Positions 16,887-27,644 are shown, counted from the stretch's first letter. The stretch: DNA of 34,228 bases from a virus (IMGVR_UViG_3300027672_000038:1-34228); one strand, 5' to 3'. Translations and numbers: made by a program. The notes: generated by a model not told the origin, from the letters alone.

Positions 16887-17377
16887 CATATTTTAAAGAT
16901 TATAATAATACAATAGATACCTTAAAAAAATTAGGTCAGCAGCACTATATGATTAAAGCAGTTACAACAGGTGATCTGTGGGAGATTGACTTGTCTAAAA
17001 ACACCTTTTTCCCTTTGATGCACATTAATCCAGTTAATGCAGTAGCAGGTAATCATGAGATGACTTTAAACTTTCAAATCTTTATTATGGATTTAGTATT
17101 TCCTGACTTAAGTAATGAACAGGAAGTATTATCTGATTGTCTGCAAATATGTAATGATTTAATAGGTACGTTTAAAAATGGAGAGAGTTTATTATTATCT
17201 AATCAAGGTGTAAATGCTTTGCCTAAATACTTTACTGATGGAGATATAACAATAGAACCATTTACAGAAAGATTTGATAACTCATTAACAGGTTGGGTGT
17301 TTACTTTGCCTGTAATAATAGAAAATGAATACAATACTTGTATAGCACCACAAGCAACAACTGATGCAATACAATAA
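16883..17377 (+). CDS. Putative tail terminator/completion protein
   Basis: 164 aa (FPLMHINP, FQIFIMDL, IEPFTERFDNSLTGW); size and context. Confidence 0.6.
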   Translation: MTYFKDYNNTIDTLKKLGQQHYMIKAVTTGDLWEIDLSKNTFFPLMHINPVNAVAGNHEMTLNFQIFIMDLVFPDLSNEQEVLSDCLQICNDLIGTFKNGESLLLSNQGVNALPKYFTDGDITIEPFTERFDNSLTGWVFTLPVIIENEYNTCIAPQATTDAIQ

Positions 17378-17466
17378 TGTTTGAGATACTAAAGAGATTA
17401 AATAAGATAAAGATAGGTAAAGTAATAATTAAAATAATACCACCAAAAATAACAATTAAAATATAA
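17377..17466 (+). CDS. 29-aa Ile/Lys-rich cationic peptide (not in ORF track)
   Basis: TAATG-coupled start, MFEILKRLNKIKIGKVIIKIIPPKITIKI, stops 6 nt before the next ATG. Confidence 0.5.
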   Translation: MFEILKRLNKIKIGKVIIKIIPPKITIKI

Positions 17467-17472
17467 ATAAAA

Positions 17473-17922
17473 ATGGCAGACTTAGTAACAACAATTACAG
17501 AATCGGTTGTATTAAATGGATCGGTAAGGGGTAGTACAAACACAGTAACAACAACAGGAATTAATAATGCTTATGAAAGAATAGTAACTTGTACTCATTC
17601 ACAAGAAACTACTTTAGTGGCTTTTAATACTAACTCTTATGGAGCAGTAGTACAATTGGATAAAGAAGATGTAAGATATATAAGAGTAACAAATCTTAAT
17701 GCAACTATATCTGTAGAATTAGCAGTAGTAGGTGCAGCAACTTTATATCAAGTAACTTTAAAAGCAGGGCAATCACATATATTAGGAGCAGCAGATAATA
17801 TTATGTTAGCAGAAGCTGATACTGATCCTAGTTTTGGTACAATGGCTGCATTACAAAATATTATAGTTAAACCTGTAGGAACTACTAATGTAGATTTAGA
17901 AGTGTTTGTAGCTAGTGTATAG
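17473..17922 (+). CDS. Putative virion structural protein
   Basis: 149 aa, T/V/A-rich beta-strand composition, located in the late operon. Confidence 0.7.
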   Translation: MADLVTTITESVVLNGSVRGSTNTVTTTGINNAYERIVTCTHSQETTLVAFNTNSYGAVVQLDKEDVRYIRVTNLNATISVELAVVGAATLYQVTLKAGQSHILGAADNIMLAEADTDPSFGTMAALQNIIVKPVGTTNVDLEVFVASV

Positions 17923-18443
17923 TGATAGCATTAGAAAGATATTTAAATAGTTTTGGTAGAAGTGTTGTAAATAAATCTAAAGGAATACTAAAGAAAAAAG
18001 ATAAAGTAGTAACAGGAAATCTTTTAAATAGTGTTAAATTTAAATTAGTTAAAACTTCAGAAGGTGTTGATGTAGTATTTAGTATGCTAGACTATGGAGA
18101 ATTTATAGACAAAGGAACTTCAGGTAGTAAAAAGAAAAGAACGTATGTAGATTACGAAGGGAAAAGAAAAAGTAGTCCTTATTCATTTGGTAAGTCTAGG
18201 AATGGTGGTTTAACTAGAGGCATAGATAAATGGATTGTAATGCGTGGTATAGCACCTAGAGATGCTAAAGGTAGGTTTATATCTCGTAAGAGTTTAAAGT
18301 TTCTTATAGCTAGAAAAATATATACACAAGGTCATGATGGATTAAGTTTCTTTCAAAAACCTTTAGGATTAGAGTTAAAAGGATTTGCATTGAATGTAGG
18401 TAAAGCAGTTAAAGAAGATATACTTAAAAATTTAAGACAATGA
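17922..18443 (+). CDS. Basic tail-completion/neck-type protein
   Basis: TGNLLNSV, YGEFIDKG, FLIARKIYTQG...FFQKP. GTG start. Confidence 0.6.
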   Translation: MIALERYLNSFGRSVVNKSKGILKKKDKVVTGNLLNSVKFKLVKTSEGVDVVFSMLDYGEFIDKGTSGSKKKRTYVDYEGKRKSSPYSFGKSRNGGLTRGIDKWIVMRGIAPRDAKGRFISRKSLKFLIARKIYTQGHDGLSFFQKPLGLELKGFALNVGKAVKEDILKNLRQ

Positions 18444-19900
18444 TAATAGAACAAAAACCATTATACAATACTTTACCAGTAGGTCAAGACATTATTTTTA
18501 CTGTGTCAGATAGTACAATTATTTCTACTAAATATAGGGTTAAATTTACTGCTCAGGTATATGTTGCAGATGAATCTAGTAATCTAGGTTTAGCATCATA
18601 TTTAGTTGCAACATTAAAAGTTACTCCAAATAATAAAGGTGTAGGTATATTTTCTATGAAACCAATATTAGAAAGTTATGTAGAGCCACAACAAGAAGGT
18701 GTTGAATATTTAAATGCTAGTATAAGTCAATTTAAAGGAGTTAATTATTCATTAGACAATCCTCATCCAATACATTTAATAGATAAATATGCAGTTAATA
18801 AAAATAACACTAGATATTTTCAAGTAACATTTAACATAGAATATTTTGATAGTGCTACTTCAACTGATAGGTTAAGTTTTTTAAAACCAATATTATCTGA
18901 ACAATATTTAATATACAATGGAGTTTTAGATTATGATGATCCTTTAAAATTATATAGAAATAATTATGGTTATAATTTAGATGTTCCAAAATTAATTTTT
19001 AATGATTTTTATGGAAGTTTAGGTAAATTTATAAGTAATGCTCCAATAGAACAATATGCTAAACTATCAGATTATGGTACTTTATCTTTCTTCAATTTTC
19101 TAAATACATCTACTAATAGTTTTCAAGTAGGTACTGATAATGCTACTCTTAACAGAGTTGATAATATAGAAATTAGTTTATATAATAGTGCAGGAACATT
19201 ATTAGTTAGTCCTTTTCAAATTGAATGTATAGATTCAAATGGAGGCTGGCAATATCCATCAGATTTTTCTGCTGCTAGACTTTTATATTTTGGTGCATTT
19301 CCTGCTAATTTAGATGGTTGGAGTACAGTATGGGATACATATAAAACACAAGTAAGCTATTATACTTTAAGAGCCTATGATGATAATACTGCTGAAATAA
19401 GTCAATTGTATAAAATTAATATTATTGGTAATGCTTGTAAAGGTTTTGAATCTATAAGACTTACATGGTTAAATAAATATGGCACTTGGGATTATTATAC
19501 TTTTGTAAAAAAATCTATTAAATCTTTGCAAACAAATAGAACATCTTATACTCAGCAAGGAGGTACATGGAATGATAACACTTATAGAATAAATGGATAT
19601 AAAGGTGGAAAGAAAAACTTTAGAGTAAATACTAAACAACTTATAACAGTTAATACAGATTTTATAAATAATAGTGAAGCAGTATGGTTTGAAGATTTAA
19701 TTAACAGTACAGAGGTTTATATTTTAAATGATTATGATGATTATTTAAATGATTTTAGAAGTGGTATAACAAACAAATATGTAGAACCTGTAACATTGAC
19801 TACATCAAGCTATGTCAGAAAAACTAAAGTAAATGATAAGTTAATTCAATATACATTTCAATTAGAAAAAACACATAACAAAAGAACACAATCAGTATAA
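18440..19900 (+). CDS. Tail structural protein (distal-tail-like)
   Basis: 486 aa. The C-terminal WLNKYGTWDYYTF...VNTDFI...LINSTEVY...LIQYTFQL pattern is typical of Bacteroidota phage tail proteins. Confidence 0.65.
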   Translation: MIIEQKPLYNTLPVGQDIIFTVSDSTIISTKYRVKFTAQVYVADESSNLGLASYLVATLKVTPNNKGVGIFSMKPILESYVEPQQEGVEYLNASISQFKGVNYSLDNPHPIHLIDKYAVNKNNTRYFQVTFNIEYFDSATSTDRLSFLKPILSEQYLIYNGVLDYDDPLKLYRNNYGYNLDVPKLIFNDFYGSLGKFISNAPIEQYAKLSDYGTLSFFNFLNTSTNSFQVGTDNATLNRVDNIEISLYNSAGTLLVSPFQIECIDSNGGWQYPSDFSAARLLYFGAFPANLDGWSTVWDTYKTQVSYYTLRAYDDNTAEISQLYKINIIGNACKGFESIRLTWLNKYGTWDYYTFVKKSIKSLQTNRTSYTQQGGTWNDNTYRINGYKGGKKNFRVNTKQLITVNTDFINNSEAVWFEDLINSTEVYILNDYDDYLNDFRSGITNKYVEPVTLTTSSYVRKTKVNDKLIQYTFQLEKTHNKRTQSV

Positions 19901-22665
19901 TGTCTATACAATTAGTTTTATATCCACAAAATTATCAAGGGGTTTATACTTCTCCTATATTAAATCAATATGTAGCAGATGGTGTTAATTTTTATTTATT
20001 AAACTCATTATCAGGTTATGCAGTTCCTTTAAATGAATCTGATCCTGTAGCAGATACATTAATAAGTTCTCAGCCTATAGCTGCTTGGAAAAGATTTAGA
20101 ACTACTGGAACACCATTTGAAAATGTATCTATACCAACTCAAGGTTTTGCAAATGATGTTATATTTTATTCTTCAAATTCAGGAACATCTAGTAGTGGTA
20201 TATATCAACAGATTGAAAATTTAAACTTTGGTGTTCAATATGAATTACAAATAACTATATCACAAGCAGCAGCAGGTGGTAGTTTAATAATAGGCTCTAC
20301 AGGTTCTTCAGTTCAAGGTGTTCAAACTTTAGGTAGTGGTACAATTCAAACTTATCCTACTTCTTTTGCTAATGTTTTAACTTTTAATTTTACGGCAGGT
20401 CATTTTCAAGAAATACTTACTCTTGATTACAGAAATAATAATGGTACTCAACTTAAGATAAGTTCTATAAGTATAAAAGATAAAGTAAATGCTCCATCTA
20501 ATATTTTTGCAGAAGTAACTGATGGACAAGTTATATGTGATTTATATCAAGAAGAAGATATACCATTAAGTCTTTCAATAGATGATTTTAAAAATGTAGC
20601 TGAAAAAGTACAAAGTTATTCTAAAGACTTTAATTTACCTGCAACAAAAAGAAACAATAAAATATTTACACATTTGTTTGATGTAACAAGAATACAAGAT
20701 GCTTTTAGTTTTAATCCTTATGTAAAAACACAATGTATATTAAAACAAAATGGGTATACTATATTTCAAGGTTATTTAAAATTATTAGATATTGTAAATA
20801 AAGAAGGAGAAATTAGTTATAGTGTAAATTTATATTCAGAAAACATAGCATTAAAAGAAGTTTTAGAAAATAGAAAGTTTAGAGATTTAGATTTTTCTGA
20901 ATTAACACATGATTATCAAAAAACAAATATCAAAGCAAGTTGGTATGATAATACAGGTATAACTTTAACATTCCCATTAACTCCTGCATCTAATGCTTAT
21001 GATCCTACATTAACAAATCCTACATTACATACAACAGTTTTAAAATACCCTTTTGTAAATTGGGTAGGAGATTATGATGTAGATTCTAATAATAATATTA
21101 AATTAAATAGTTTAGAAGATGCTTTTAGACCATTTATAAATTGCAAATATATTATAAAACAAATTTTTGATGATACTAATTTTACTTATACATCAGACTT
21201 TATAGATGGTGCATTATTTAGTAAAATGTTTATGGACTTTAATTGGGGTGCAGGTAATGCACCTACTGATAGTGAACATACAGGAAATGCTGATTTAATA
21301 ACTTCAGTAAATATAAGTTCAACTTTAGCACCTGTTATATTTGATAATTTTTCTTTTCCTTTTGAATTTGGATATAATTCATCTACTGCAATATTTACTT
21401 GTACTGCTAATAATACAATTTATCAATTTGATTATCATTATACTTTTAGTTTTTTAGTTACAAGCACATTATTAGTAAGATGGGTACATAAAGATAGTAG
21501 TGGTAATTTAGTAGGTAATGGACAAATTAATCAACAAACTATTGTACAATCTACAAATTCTTCTTATGTATATACTGGAACTGTAATAGAAACATTAAAT
21601 AACGGAGATACATTTAATATAGAAGTTTCAAGTTCTATTAATAATGGTATAAGAGCAATAGGGCAACAAATTACGCCTAGTACACAAATTGATAATACCT
21701 ATATGAGTGGTACTATTACTATTAATTCAATGTTAAATTCAGTTTTATTAAATACTTTAAGAGGAGATTTAGGTCAATGGGAATTTTTAAAAAGTTTAAT
21801 TAATATGTTTAATTTAGTTGTATTACAAGATAAAAACAATCCTAATAATTTAAATATAGAACCTTATAGTGAGATTTTTATAAAAAATAGTTTAGGAACT
21901 TCTTTAGCATCAAGAGGTATATTATATGATTGGACTGATAAAATAGATATAACTGAAATAAAATTATCTCCTTTAGATTTAGTAAAAACAACAATGTTTA
22001 AATATGCAGATGATGATAGTTATCCTAATAATTATTATAGAAATATTACACAGGTAGATTATGGTAGTTATAAATTTACTAATCCTGATTTAACATTATT
22101 AACAGGAGAAGATGAAATATCAGCAGAACCTTTTTCAGCTACTGTAGTAAAACCTTTAGCAGATTATTTAGGTGATTTTATTGTTCCTGTAATATATTCA
22201 TCTAATGATGATAATACTGAATTTGAAAGTTTTGATAATAATCCTAGAATTTTATTTAATGTATCTCCTAGTCCATTTACTTTATCAGGAGGTGTAGAAT
22301 ATAAAATTCCTAGTCAAAATGGTGTTAGTGGAGAACAAGCTACTGAATATTTAAGATTTAGTCATACTACAAAAGTACCATCAGCATATACTGATACAGA
22401 TTTAAATTTTGGAGAAATACAATTAATTAATATGGGTGTAGCACCTGTAGATAATTTATATAATACTTATTGGTCGCCTTATTATAATGAACTTTATAAT
22501 CCTGATACTAAATATATGACATTAAAAGTAAATTTAAACGCATCAGATATAAACCAATTTAATTTTTATGATCAAGTAATGATTAAAAACAAAAATTATA
22601 GAGTTAATAAAATAGAATACAAGCCAAATGATTTATCAACTGTTGAATTTATATTAATAGGATAA
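19900..22665 (+). CDS. Large tail tip/hub protein with inserted beta-sandwich domains
   Basis: 921 aa; DLYQEEDIPLSLSIDD..SYSKDFNLPATKRNNKIF core and C-terminal YRVNKIEY...VEFI. Confidence 0.7.
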   Translation: MSIQLVLYPQNYQGVYTSPILNQYVADGVNFYLLNSLSGYAVPLNESDPVADTLISSQPIAAWKRFRTTGTPFENVSIPTQGFANDVIFYSSNSGTSSSGIYQQIENLNFGVQYELQITISQAAAGGSLIIGSTGSSVQGVQTLGSGTIQTYPTSFANVLTFNFTAGHFQEILTLDYRNNNGTQLKISSISIKDKVNAPSNIFAEVTDGQVICDLYQEEDIPLSLSIDDFKNVAEKVQSYSKDFNLPATKRNNKIFTHLFDVTRIQDAFSFNPYVKTQCILKQNGYTIFQGYLKLLDIVNKEGEISYSVNLYSENIALKEVLENRKFRDLDFSELTHDYQKTNIKASWYDNTGITLTFPLTPASNAYDPTLTNPTLHTTVLKYPFVNWVGDYDVDSNNNIKLNSLEDAFRPFINCKYIIKQIFDDTNFTYTSDFIDGALFSKMFMDFNWGAGNAPTDSEHTGNADLITSVNISSTLAPVIFDNFSFPFEFGYNSSTAIFTCTANNTIYQFDYHYTFSFLVTSTLLVRWVHKDSSGNLVGNGQINQQTIVQSTNSSYVYTGTVIETLNNGDTFNIEVSSSINNGIRAIGQQITPSTQIDNTYMSGTITINSMLNSVLLNTLRGDLGQWEFLKSLINMFNLVVLQDKNNPNNLNIEPYSEIFIKNSLGTSLASRGILYDWTDKIDITEIKLSPLDLVKTTMFKYADDDSYPNNYYRNITQVDYGSYKFTNPDLTLLTGEDEISAEPFSATVVKPLADYLGDFIVPVIYSSNDDNTEFESFDNNPRILFNVSPSPFTLSGGVEYKIPSQNGVSGEQATEYLRFSHTTKVPSAYTDTDLNFGEIQLINMGVAPVDNLYNTYWSPYYNELYNPDTKYMTLKVNLNASDINQFNFYDQVMIKNKNYRVNKIEYKPNDLSTVEFILIG

Positions 22666-23492
22666 TGGAATTTAAAAAAGGATATACTATAAAACCTAAA
22701 GAAGTTTTAAGAACAGGGGAAATTAGATTTACTGATGGAACTAATAATGTAATACCTAACCAAGATGCTTGTGAGGCTTATGGTTATACATATAATAGTG
22801 CAACTGCAACTTGTAATGCTTTTAGTTATAATTCTACATTAAATAATAAATTCAATAATATATTTAATAATACAAGTGGTGGAGGTACTGAAAATGGAAC
22901 TAAAAATACTATTCTTAATGGTCAGGAAAGTATAACAAAAGGCAATAACTTTAATAATATAATTAATGGGGAAAAACATCAAATAGAAAATGGTGTAAAT
23001 AATTCTATTATTTTAAATGGTATATATGGACAAGCTAAAAATCAAAGTGAAGTAGTAATAGCAGGAGGAGGCTTTAATGAGAAAATAGGATTAAGCCAAT
23101 TATCATTTATTCAACAATCTAATAAGACTTTAGATGCTACAGAAACTCCTTTACTTACTCAGTATTTACCATTAACATATATTCAAAAAGAAAAAAATAG
23201 CGTAATAGGATTTGAAGCTAATGTTATAGGTATTAATTATGGAGGAGAAGGTACAGTAGGTGAGTATATATACTTACAATTAAAAGGTGCAGTAGTGTTT
23301 ACTAATGGATTAGCATCAACATATACACAAACATCAACTACTATTGCTGATGGAGATTTAACTGCTACTGCTACTATGAAAGATGTAACTGCTACATCAT
23401 TTGGAGTTAATGTAACAGGAGCAGCAGAAACAAGAGTACAATGGACTGCAAGTATTAAACTATGGCAAAATCAATTACAAACAACATTTTAA
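22665..23492 (+). CDS. Tail-associated/fibre-like protein
   Basis: 275 aa with N/G-rich short repeats and a CEAYGY...C motif. Confidence 0.55.
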   Translation: MEFKKGYTIKPKEVLRTGEIRFTDGTNNVIPNQDACEAYGYTYNSATATCNAFSYNSTLNNKFNNIFNNTSGGGTENGTKNTILNGQESITKGNNFNNIINGEKHQIENGVNNSIILNGIYGQAKNQSEVVIAGGGFNEKIGLSQLSFIQQSNKTLDATETPLLTQYLPLTYIQKEKNSVIGFEANVIGINYGGEGTVGEYIYLQLKGAVVFTNGLASTYTQTSTTIADGDLTATATMKDVTATSFGVNVTGAAETRVQWTASIKLWQNQLQTTF

Positions 23493-23495
23493 GAT

Positions 23496-25130
23496 ATGGC
23501 TAACGAAGAAATAGTATTTAACGTAAAATCTAATATTAAATCAGTAACTAAAGAAACTGAAAATTTAAATGATGTTTTAAAAGAACAACAAGATATACTT
23601 GTAGAATTAAAAAGAGAAGAAATTAAACTTGAACAAGCAAGATCAGGTATGTCTGATTATGAAGCTAGTGTTTCAGGTGTAGATAAAAAATTAAAACATC
23701 TTAAAGGTTCTATTAAAGAACAAACTTTTGAAGTTAAACAATTAACTAATGAACAAAAAGGAAACACAAAAGCATTAAAAGAAACAAGTAGTGCTGCTGA
23801 AGATAGTATAGGTAATTTTAGAATTATGGGTGTTTCTTTAAATGGTTTAAAATCATCATTTGGTAAAATTATACCTGCTATAAAATTAATGTTTGGAACT
23901 ATCAAAGCAGGTATATTGAGTACAGGTATAGGTGTTTTGCTTATAGCTTTTGGTTCTTTAGCAACATTTTTTACAAGTACAAAAAGAGGTGCAGACCAAT
24001 TAAAACTTGCTTTTACTGCTTTAGGTGCAACAATAGATGTTTTAAAAGATAGAATGTCATCTTTAGGAGAGGTTATAGGTTTAGTATTTAATGGAGAATT
24101 TAGTAAAGCAGGAGATTTATTTAAGAAAAGTATAAGTGGTATAGTTACTGAAATAAAAAATGAAATTGCAGTAATGACTGAACTTGAAAAGCGAACTCAA
24201 GCTTTAAGAGATGCAGAAATACAATTTTCTATTCAAAAAGCTAAAACTAGACAAGAAATTGAAAAAGCTAGACTTATAGCAGAAGATGAAACAAAAAGTG
24301 CAACAGAAAGATTAGAAAATCTAAAAAAAGCATTAGAGTTAGAAGAAAAAACTACAAATAGAGAATTAGAATTAGCAAGAGAAAAAGTTGCTATACAAAA
24401 AGAACAAATGGCAGTATCTGAAAATCTTGTAGAAGATGAAAAGAAATTAGCTGAATTAAGAGTTGCATTAATTGAAAAAGAAACTTCATCTATTAAAATG
24501 CGAAGAAGGGTAGTAACTGAAGTTAATGCTTTAGAAAATGAAATACAAGCAGAAAAAAAAGCTAGAGCAAAAGAATTAGAAGATATAGAAATAGCAAAAC
24601 AAAAGACTTTAGATGATAATGAAAAAAAGGAAATAGATAGGGCAAAAAGACAAGCAAAAGAAATTTTAGATATAGCTAAAGCAACAGAAAATTCTAAACA
24701 AGATTTAATAAAACAAGGTTTTGCATTAGCAGGTAATTTAGCAGGAGAAAATGCTGAATTATCTAAAGGTGTAGCAGTAGCACAAACAATTTATAGTACT
24801 CAACAAGCAGTTATGGCTGCATTAGCAGCAACATCAGTAGGAGATAAATTAATACCATATCCTTTAAGATTAGCAAATGCGATAGGTGCTGGTTTAATGG
24901 GTGCATCAGCAGTTAAAAATATATTATCTACTAGTCCAAATGGTTCAGGTGGAAGTATGTCTACTCCAAGTGTAGCTAGTACAGGAACTCCTGCACCTAA
25001 TATGTTAAGTGGTAAGTTTGAATTAGGAAACATTCAAGAGCAGCAGCCAATTCAGGCTTATGTAGTTACAGATAACCTAACAGATAATCAAAATAAACTT
25101 GCTTATATTCGTAGGAGAGCAACAATATAA
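23496..25130 (+). CDS. Tape measure protein (short, 544 aa)
   Basis: Long coiled coils, hydrophobic ILSTGIGVLLIAFGSL segment, Ala-rich region, C-terminal QAYVV. Confidence 0.8.
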   Translation: MANEEIVFNVKSNIKSVTKETENLNDVLKEQQDILVELKREEIKLEQARSGMSDYEASVSGVDKKLKHLKGSIKEQTFEVKQLTNEQKGNTKALKETSSAAEDSIGNFRIMGVSLNGLKSSFGKIIPAIKLMFGTIKAGILSTGIGVLLIAFGSLATFFTSTKRGADQLKLAFTALGATIDVLKDRMSSLGEVIGLVFNGEFSKAGDLFKKSISGIVTEIKNEIAVMTELEKRTQALRDAEIQFSIQKAKTRQEIEKARLIAEDETKSATERLENLKKALELEEKTTNRELELAREKVAIQKEQMAVSENLVEDEKKLAELRVALIEKETSSIKMRRRVVTEVNALENEIQAEKKARAKELEDIEIAKQKTLDDNEKKEIDRAKRQAKEILDIAKATENSKQDLIKQGFALAGNLAGENAELSKGVAVAQTIYSTQQAVMAALAATSVGDKLIPYPLRLANAIGAGLMGASAVKNILSTSPNGSGGSMSTPSVASTGTPAPNMLSGKFELGNIQEQQPIQAYVVTDNLTDNQNKLAYIRRRATI

Positions 25131-25132
25131 AT

Positions 25133-25161
25133 CAAACAACTAACAATTAAATCTATTATAT
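25133..25161 (+). promoter_or_regulatory. Putative late promoter 3
   Basis: CAAACAA-N12-TCTATTATAT (25152-61), 3 nt before ATG25165. Confidence 0.75.
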
Positions 25162-25164
25162 AAT

Positions 25165-25896
25165 ATGCCTTGTACAAAATGCGAAAACGGAAAATATAAG
25201 TGGGGAGAAAATGGAGAGTGTAAATACGATTCAAAAGAAGCTTGTGAAAAAGCAAACCCTAATCATTATAAAAAATCAAAAATTACTAAAATTGTAGAAT
25301 TAATAATTGCAGATTCTAATCAGGAAATGACTATAGATGCTATTAGTTTAGTTACTAATCCTGCTATAGAACAAGATTTTGTTTATATGAAAAAACATAA
25401 AAACAATTTAACATTTGCTAAAATTGATGAAGAAAAAAGAATGGTAATTTCTCCTGCTCTTATTCCTAACAAGCAAATTTTTAGACACGATCCAAATACA
25501 GATTCAGATTTTTATGTATATTTTTCAGTTGATACAATAAGAAAGGCTAGTGAATTATATTTAAAACATAACAATCATCATAGTGCTACTTATCAGCATG
25601 AAGAAGATGTTAAAGGAATTTTAACTACTGAATCTTGGATTAAATCAGGAGATCAAGACAAATCTAATTTATATGGCTATGATTTACCTATAGGCACATG
25701 GTTCGTTACTATGAGAATAGACAATGATGAAATTTGGAAAAAAATTAAAGATGGCGAACTACGTGGAATAAGCATAGAAGGCTACTTTATTGATAAGATG
25801 CAAAAAATGTCAGAAACAAAAAAACCTTCTAATGAAGAAATACTTTCAGCTTTAAATGAAATTATAAAAGACATCAAAAATCAAACAACTAAATAA
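25165..25896 (+). CDS. Prohead protease (XkdF-like serine protease) with Cys-rich N-terminal extension
   Basis: AISLVTNPAIE, PALIPNKQIFR, TYQH, ESW, PIGTWFV, IKDGELRGISIEG. Confidence 0.85.
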   Translation: MPCTKCENGKYKWGENGECKYDSKEACEKANPNHYKKSKITKIVELIIADSNQEMTIDAISLVTNPAIEQDFVYMKKHKNNLTFAKIDEEKRMVISPALIPNKQIFRHDPNTDSDFYVYFSVDTIRKASELYLKHNNHHSATYQHEEDVKGILTTESWIKSGDQDKSNLYGYDLPIGTWFVTMRIDNDEIWKKIKDGELRGISIEGYFIDKMQKMSETKKPSNEEILSALNEIIKDIKNQTTK

Positions 25897-25910
25897 ATTT
25901 TCTATTATAT
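25882..25910 (+). promoter_or_regulatory. Putative late promoter 4 (scaffold-capsid)
   Basis: CAAACAA-N12-TCTATTATAT (25901-10), 15 nt before ATG25926. Confidence 0.75.
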
Positions 25911-25925
25911 TAAAAACAACTAACT

Positions 25926-26705
25926 ATGGATTTAAAAAATCAAATATTGGTAGCACTTGGACTAAATAAAGATCAAGAAGAAGTTAACCTTGAATTTCAG
26001 GCAAAACTGGAAGATGGTACAATTATAGTATCTACTGCTGTTTCCTTAGAAGCAGGAAGTGATATTTCAGTTCTTACCGAAGATGGTTCAACAATATTAT
26101 TACCAGAAGGTAAATATCGTACAGATGAAGGACAAAACTTTTCAGTAGAAAAAGAAGGAATTGTTGCTGAATTATATGATGATGAAATAGAAAAAGAAAC
26201 AGAAGGCAATCCTGTAGAAGAAGAAATGGCTGAAGATGGAGAAGAAGCAGATGTAGCAGACTGGAAAGGAATGGAAAAAAGAATACAAAACCTTGAAGAC
26301 GCTATTTCTGATCTAAAAGGAGATAAAGAAGAAATGGCTGAAGATGATGGTAAGGAAGCTGATGTTGCAGATTGGGCTGGTATGGAAAAAAGAATACAAA
26401 ACCTTGAAGATGCAGTTGCTGACCTTAAAAAAGATAAAGTAGGAAATATAGAAGAAGAAGAATCAGATGTAGAAATGGATTCAGAAACTAGTCCTACTCC
26501 GAAAAAAATTAAAACTACAGAAGAAGTAGAATTTGAATATCAAGCTAAAATAGATGAGTTAAAATCTAAAGTAATTGAATTATCAAATGAACCTGCTGAT
26601 AAGCCTGTAGTAACTAATAAATTTAGTAAAGAAAAAGAACATAGTAAATCTAATCTTGAAAAAATGACTAAAAGAGAAAGAATACTATATAATATATCAA
26701 AATAA
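25926..26705 (+). CDS. Scaffolding protein
   Basis: Highly acidic coiled-coil protein between protease and capsid, with basic C-terminus. Confidence 0.75.
   Translation: MDLKNQILVALGLNKDQEEVNLEFQAKLEDGTIIVSTAVSLEAGSDISVLTEDGSTILLPEGKYRTDEGQNFSVEKEGIVAELYDDEIEKETEGNPVEEEMAEDGEEADVADWKGMEKRIQNLEDAISDLKGDKEEMAEDDGKEADVADWAGMEKRIQNLEDAVADLKKDKVGNIEEEESDVEMDSETSPTPKKIKTTEEVEFEYQAKIDELKSKVIELSNEPADKPVVTNKFSKEKEHSKSNLEKMTKRERILYNISK
26220..26429 (+). repeat. Internal ~36-aa duplication in the scaffold
   Basis: EEMAEDGEEADVADWKGMEKRIQNLEDAISDLK and EEMAEDDGKEADVADWAGMEKRIQNLEDAVADLK. Confidence 0.9.
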
Positions 26706-26729
26706 TTAATAATTTAAAAAATAATAATC

Positions 26730-27644
26730 ATGGCTTTAACAGTAGCAAGTAATTATGCAGGCAAGGCAGCAGGTTTTTACCTAGCAGCAGCAATGAGAGA
26801 AGCAACTTCTCTTGAACATTTAACAGTTTTACAAAATATTAAGTTTAAAGAAAATTTACAAAAATTCGCTGCATCAGGAATGATACAAAACGCAAATTGT
26901 AACTTTACACCACTCGGTGCTTTAGCATTAACAGAAAGCATCTTAACTCCAAAGAATCTACAAATTAACACAGAATACTGCAAGGAAGAATTGCTAAAAA
27001 GTTGGGAAAGTGAGCAAATGAAAGCAGGTGCTATGAATGATAATGTACCTAAGTTTGAAGATTTTGTTATTGCTAATTTCACACAACATATTGCTCAAGG
27101 AATTGAGGATTCAGTATGGAATGGTGCTGCTGCAAATGCAGGACAATTTGAAGGGTTTTTAACGGCTGGTACAGGTGCTTTTGCAGTAAATGGTAATGTT
27201 ATTCAAACAAATAATGCAGGTGGTGCAGGTGTTGCTTATTTAGCTACTAACATTATAGCAAACTTACAAGGTATAGCTGCTGCAATTCCATCTACTGTTT
27301 ATGGTAAAGAAGATTTAAGAATTTACATGAACTGGAAAACTTACAGATTATATATCTCTGCAATCTCTACTTTAGGATATGTTAATGCTTATTCTATGAA
27401 TAGTGATTACGAAGCTATGTTTGAAGGAATTAAATTATCAGTTGTTTATGGTATGCCTGATAATTCTTTAGTTGCTGCACAAACATCAAATTTATTTTTT
27501 GGAACTGACCTAGTTTCTGATATGGCTCAACTACGTCTTTTAGACATGAGGCCTCTTGATGGATCGGACAATGTTCGTGTTATTGCTAAATATTCTGCTG
27601 GTGTGCAAGTAGGAATAGGTGCTGAAATAGTACAACAAAACTAA
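26730..27644 (+). CDS. Major capsid protein
   Basis: 304 aa after protease and scaffold, followed by a hairpin; IEDSVWNG...FEGF and NLFFGTDL motifs. Confidence 0.85.
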   Translation: MALTVASNYAGKAAGFYLAAAMREATSLEHLTVLQNIKFKENLQKFAASGMIQNANCNFTPLGALALTESILTPKNLQINTEYCKEELLKSWESEQMKAGAMNDNVPKFEDFVIANFTQHIAQGIEDSVWNGAAANAGQFEGFLTAGTGAFAVNGNVIQTNNAGGAGVAYLATNIIANLQGIAAAIPSTVYGKEDLRIYMNWKTYRLYISAISTLGYVNAYSMNSDYEAMFEGIKLSVVYGMPDNSLVAAQTSNLFFGTDLVSDMAQLRLLDMRPLDGSDNVRVIAKYSAGVQVGIGAEIVQQN

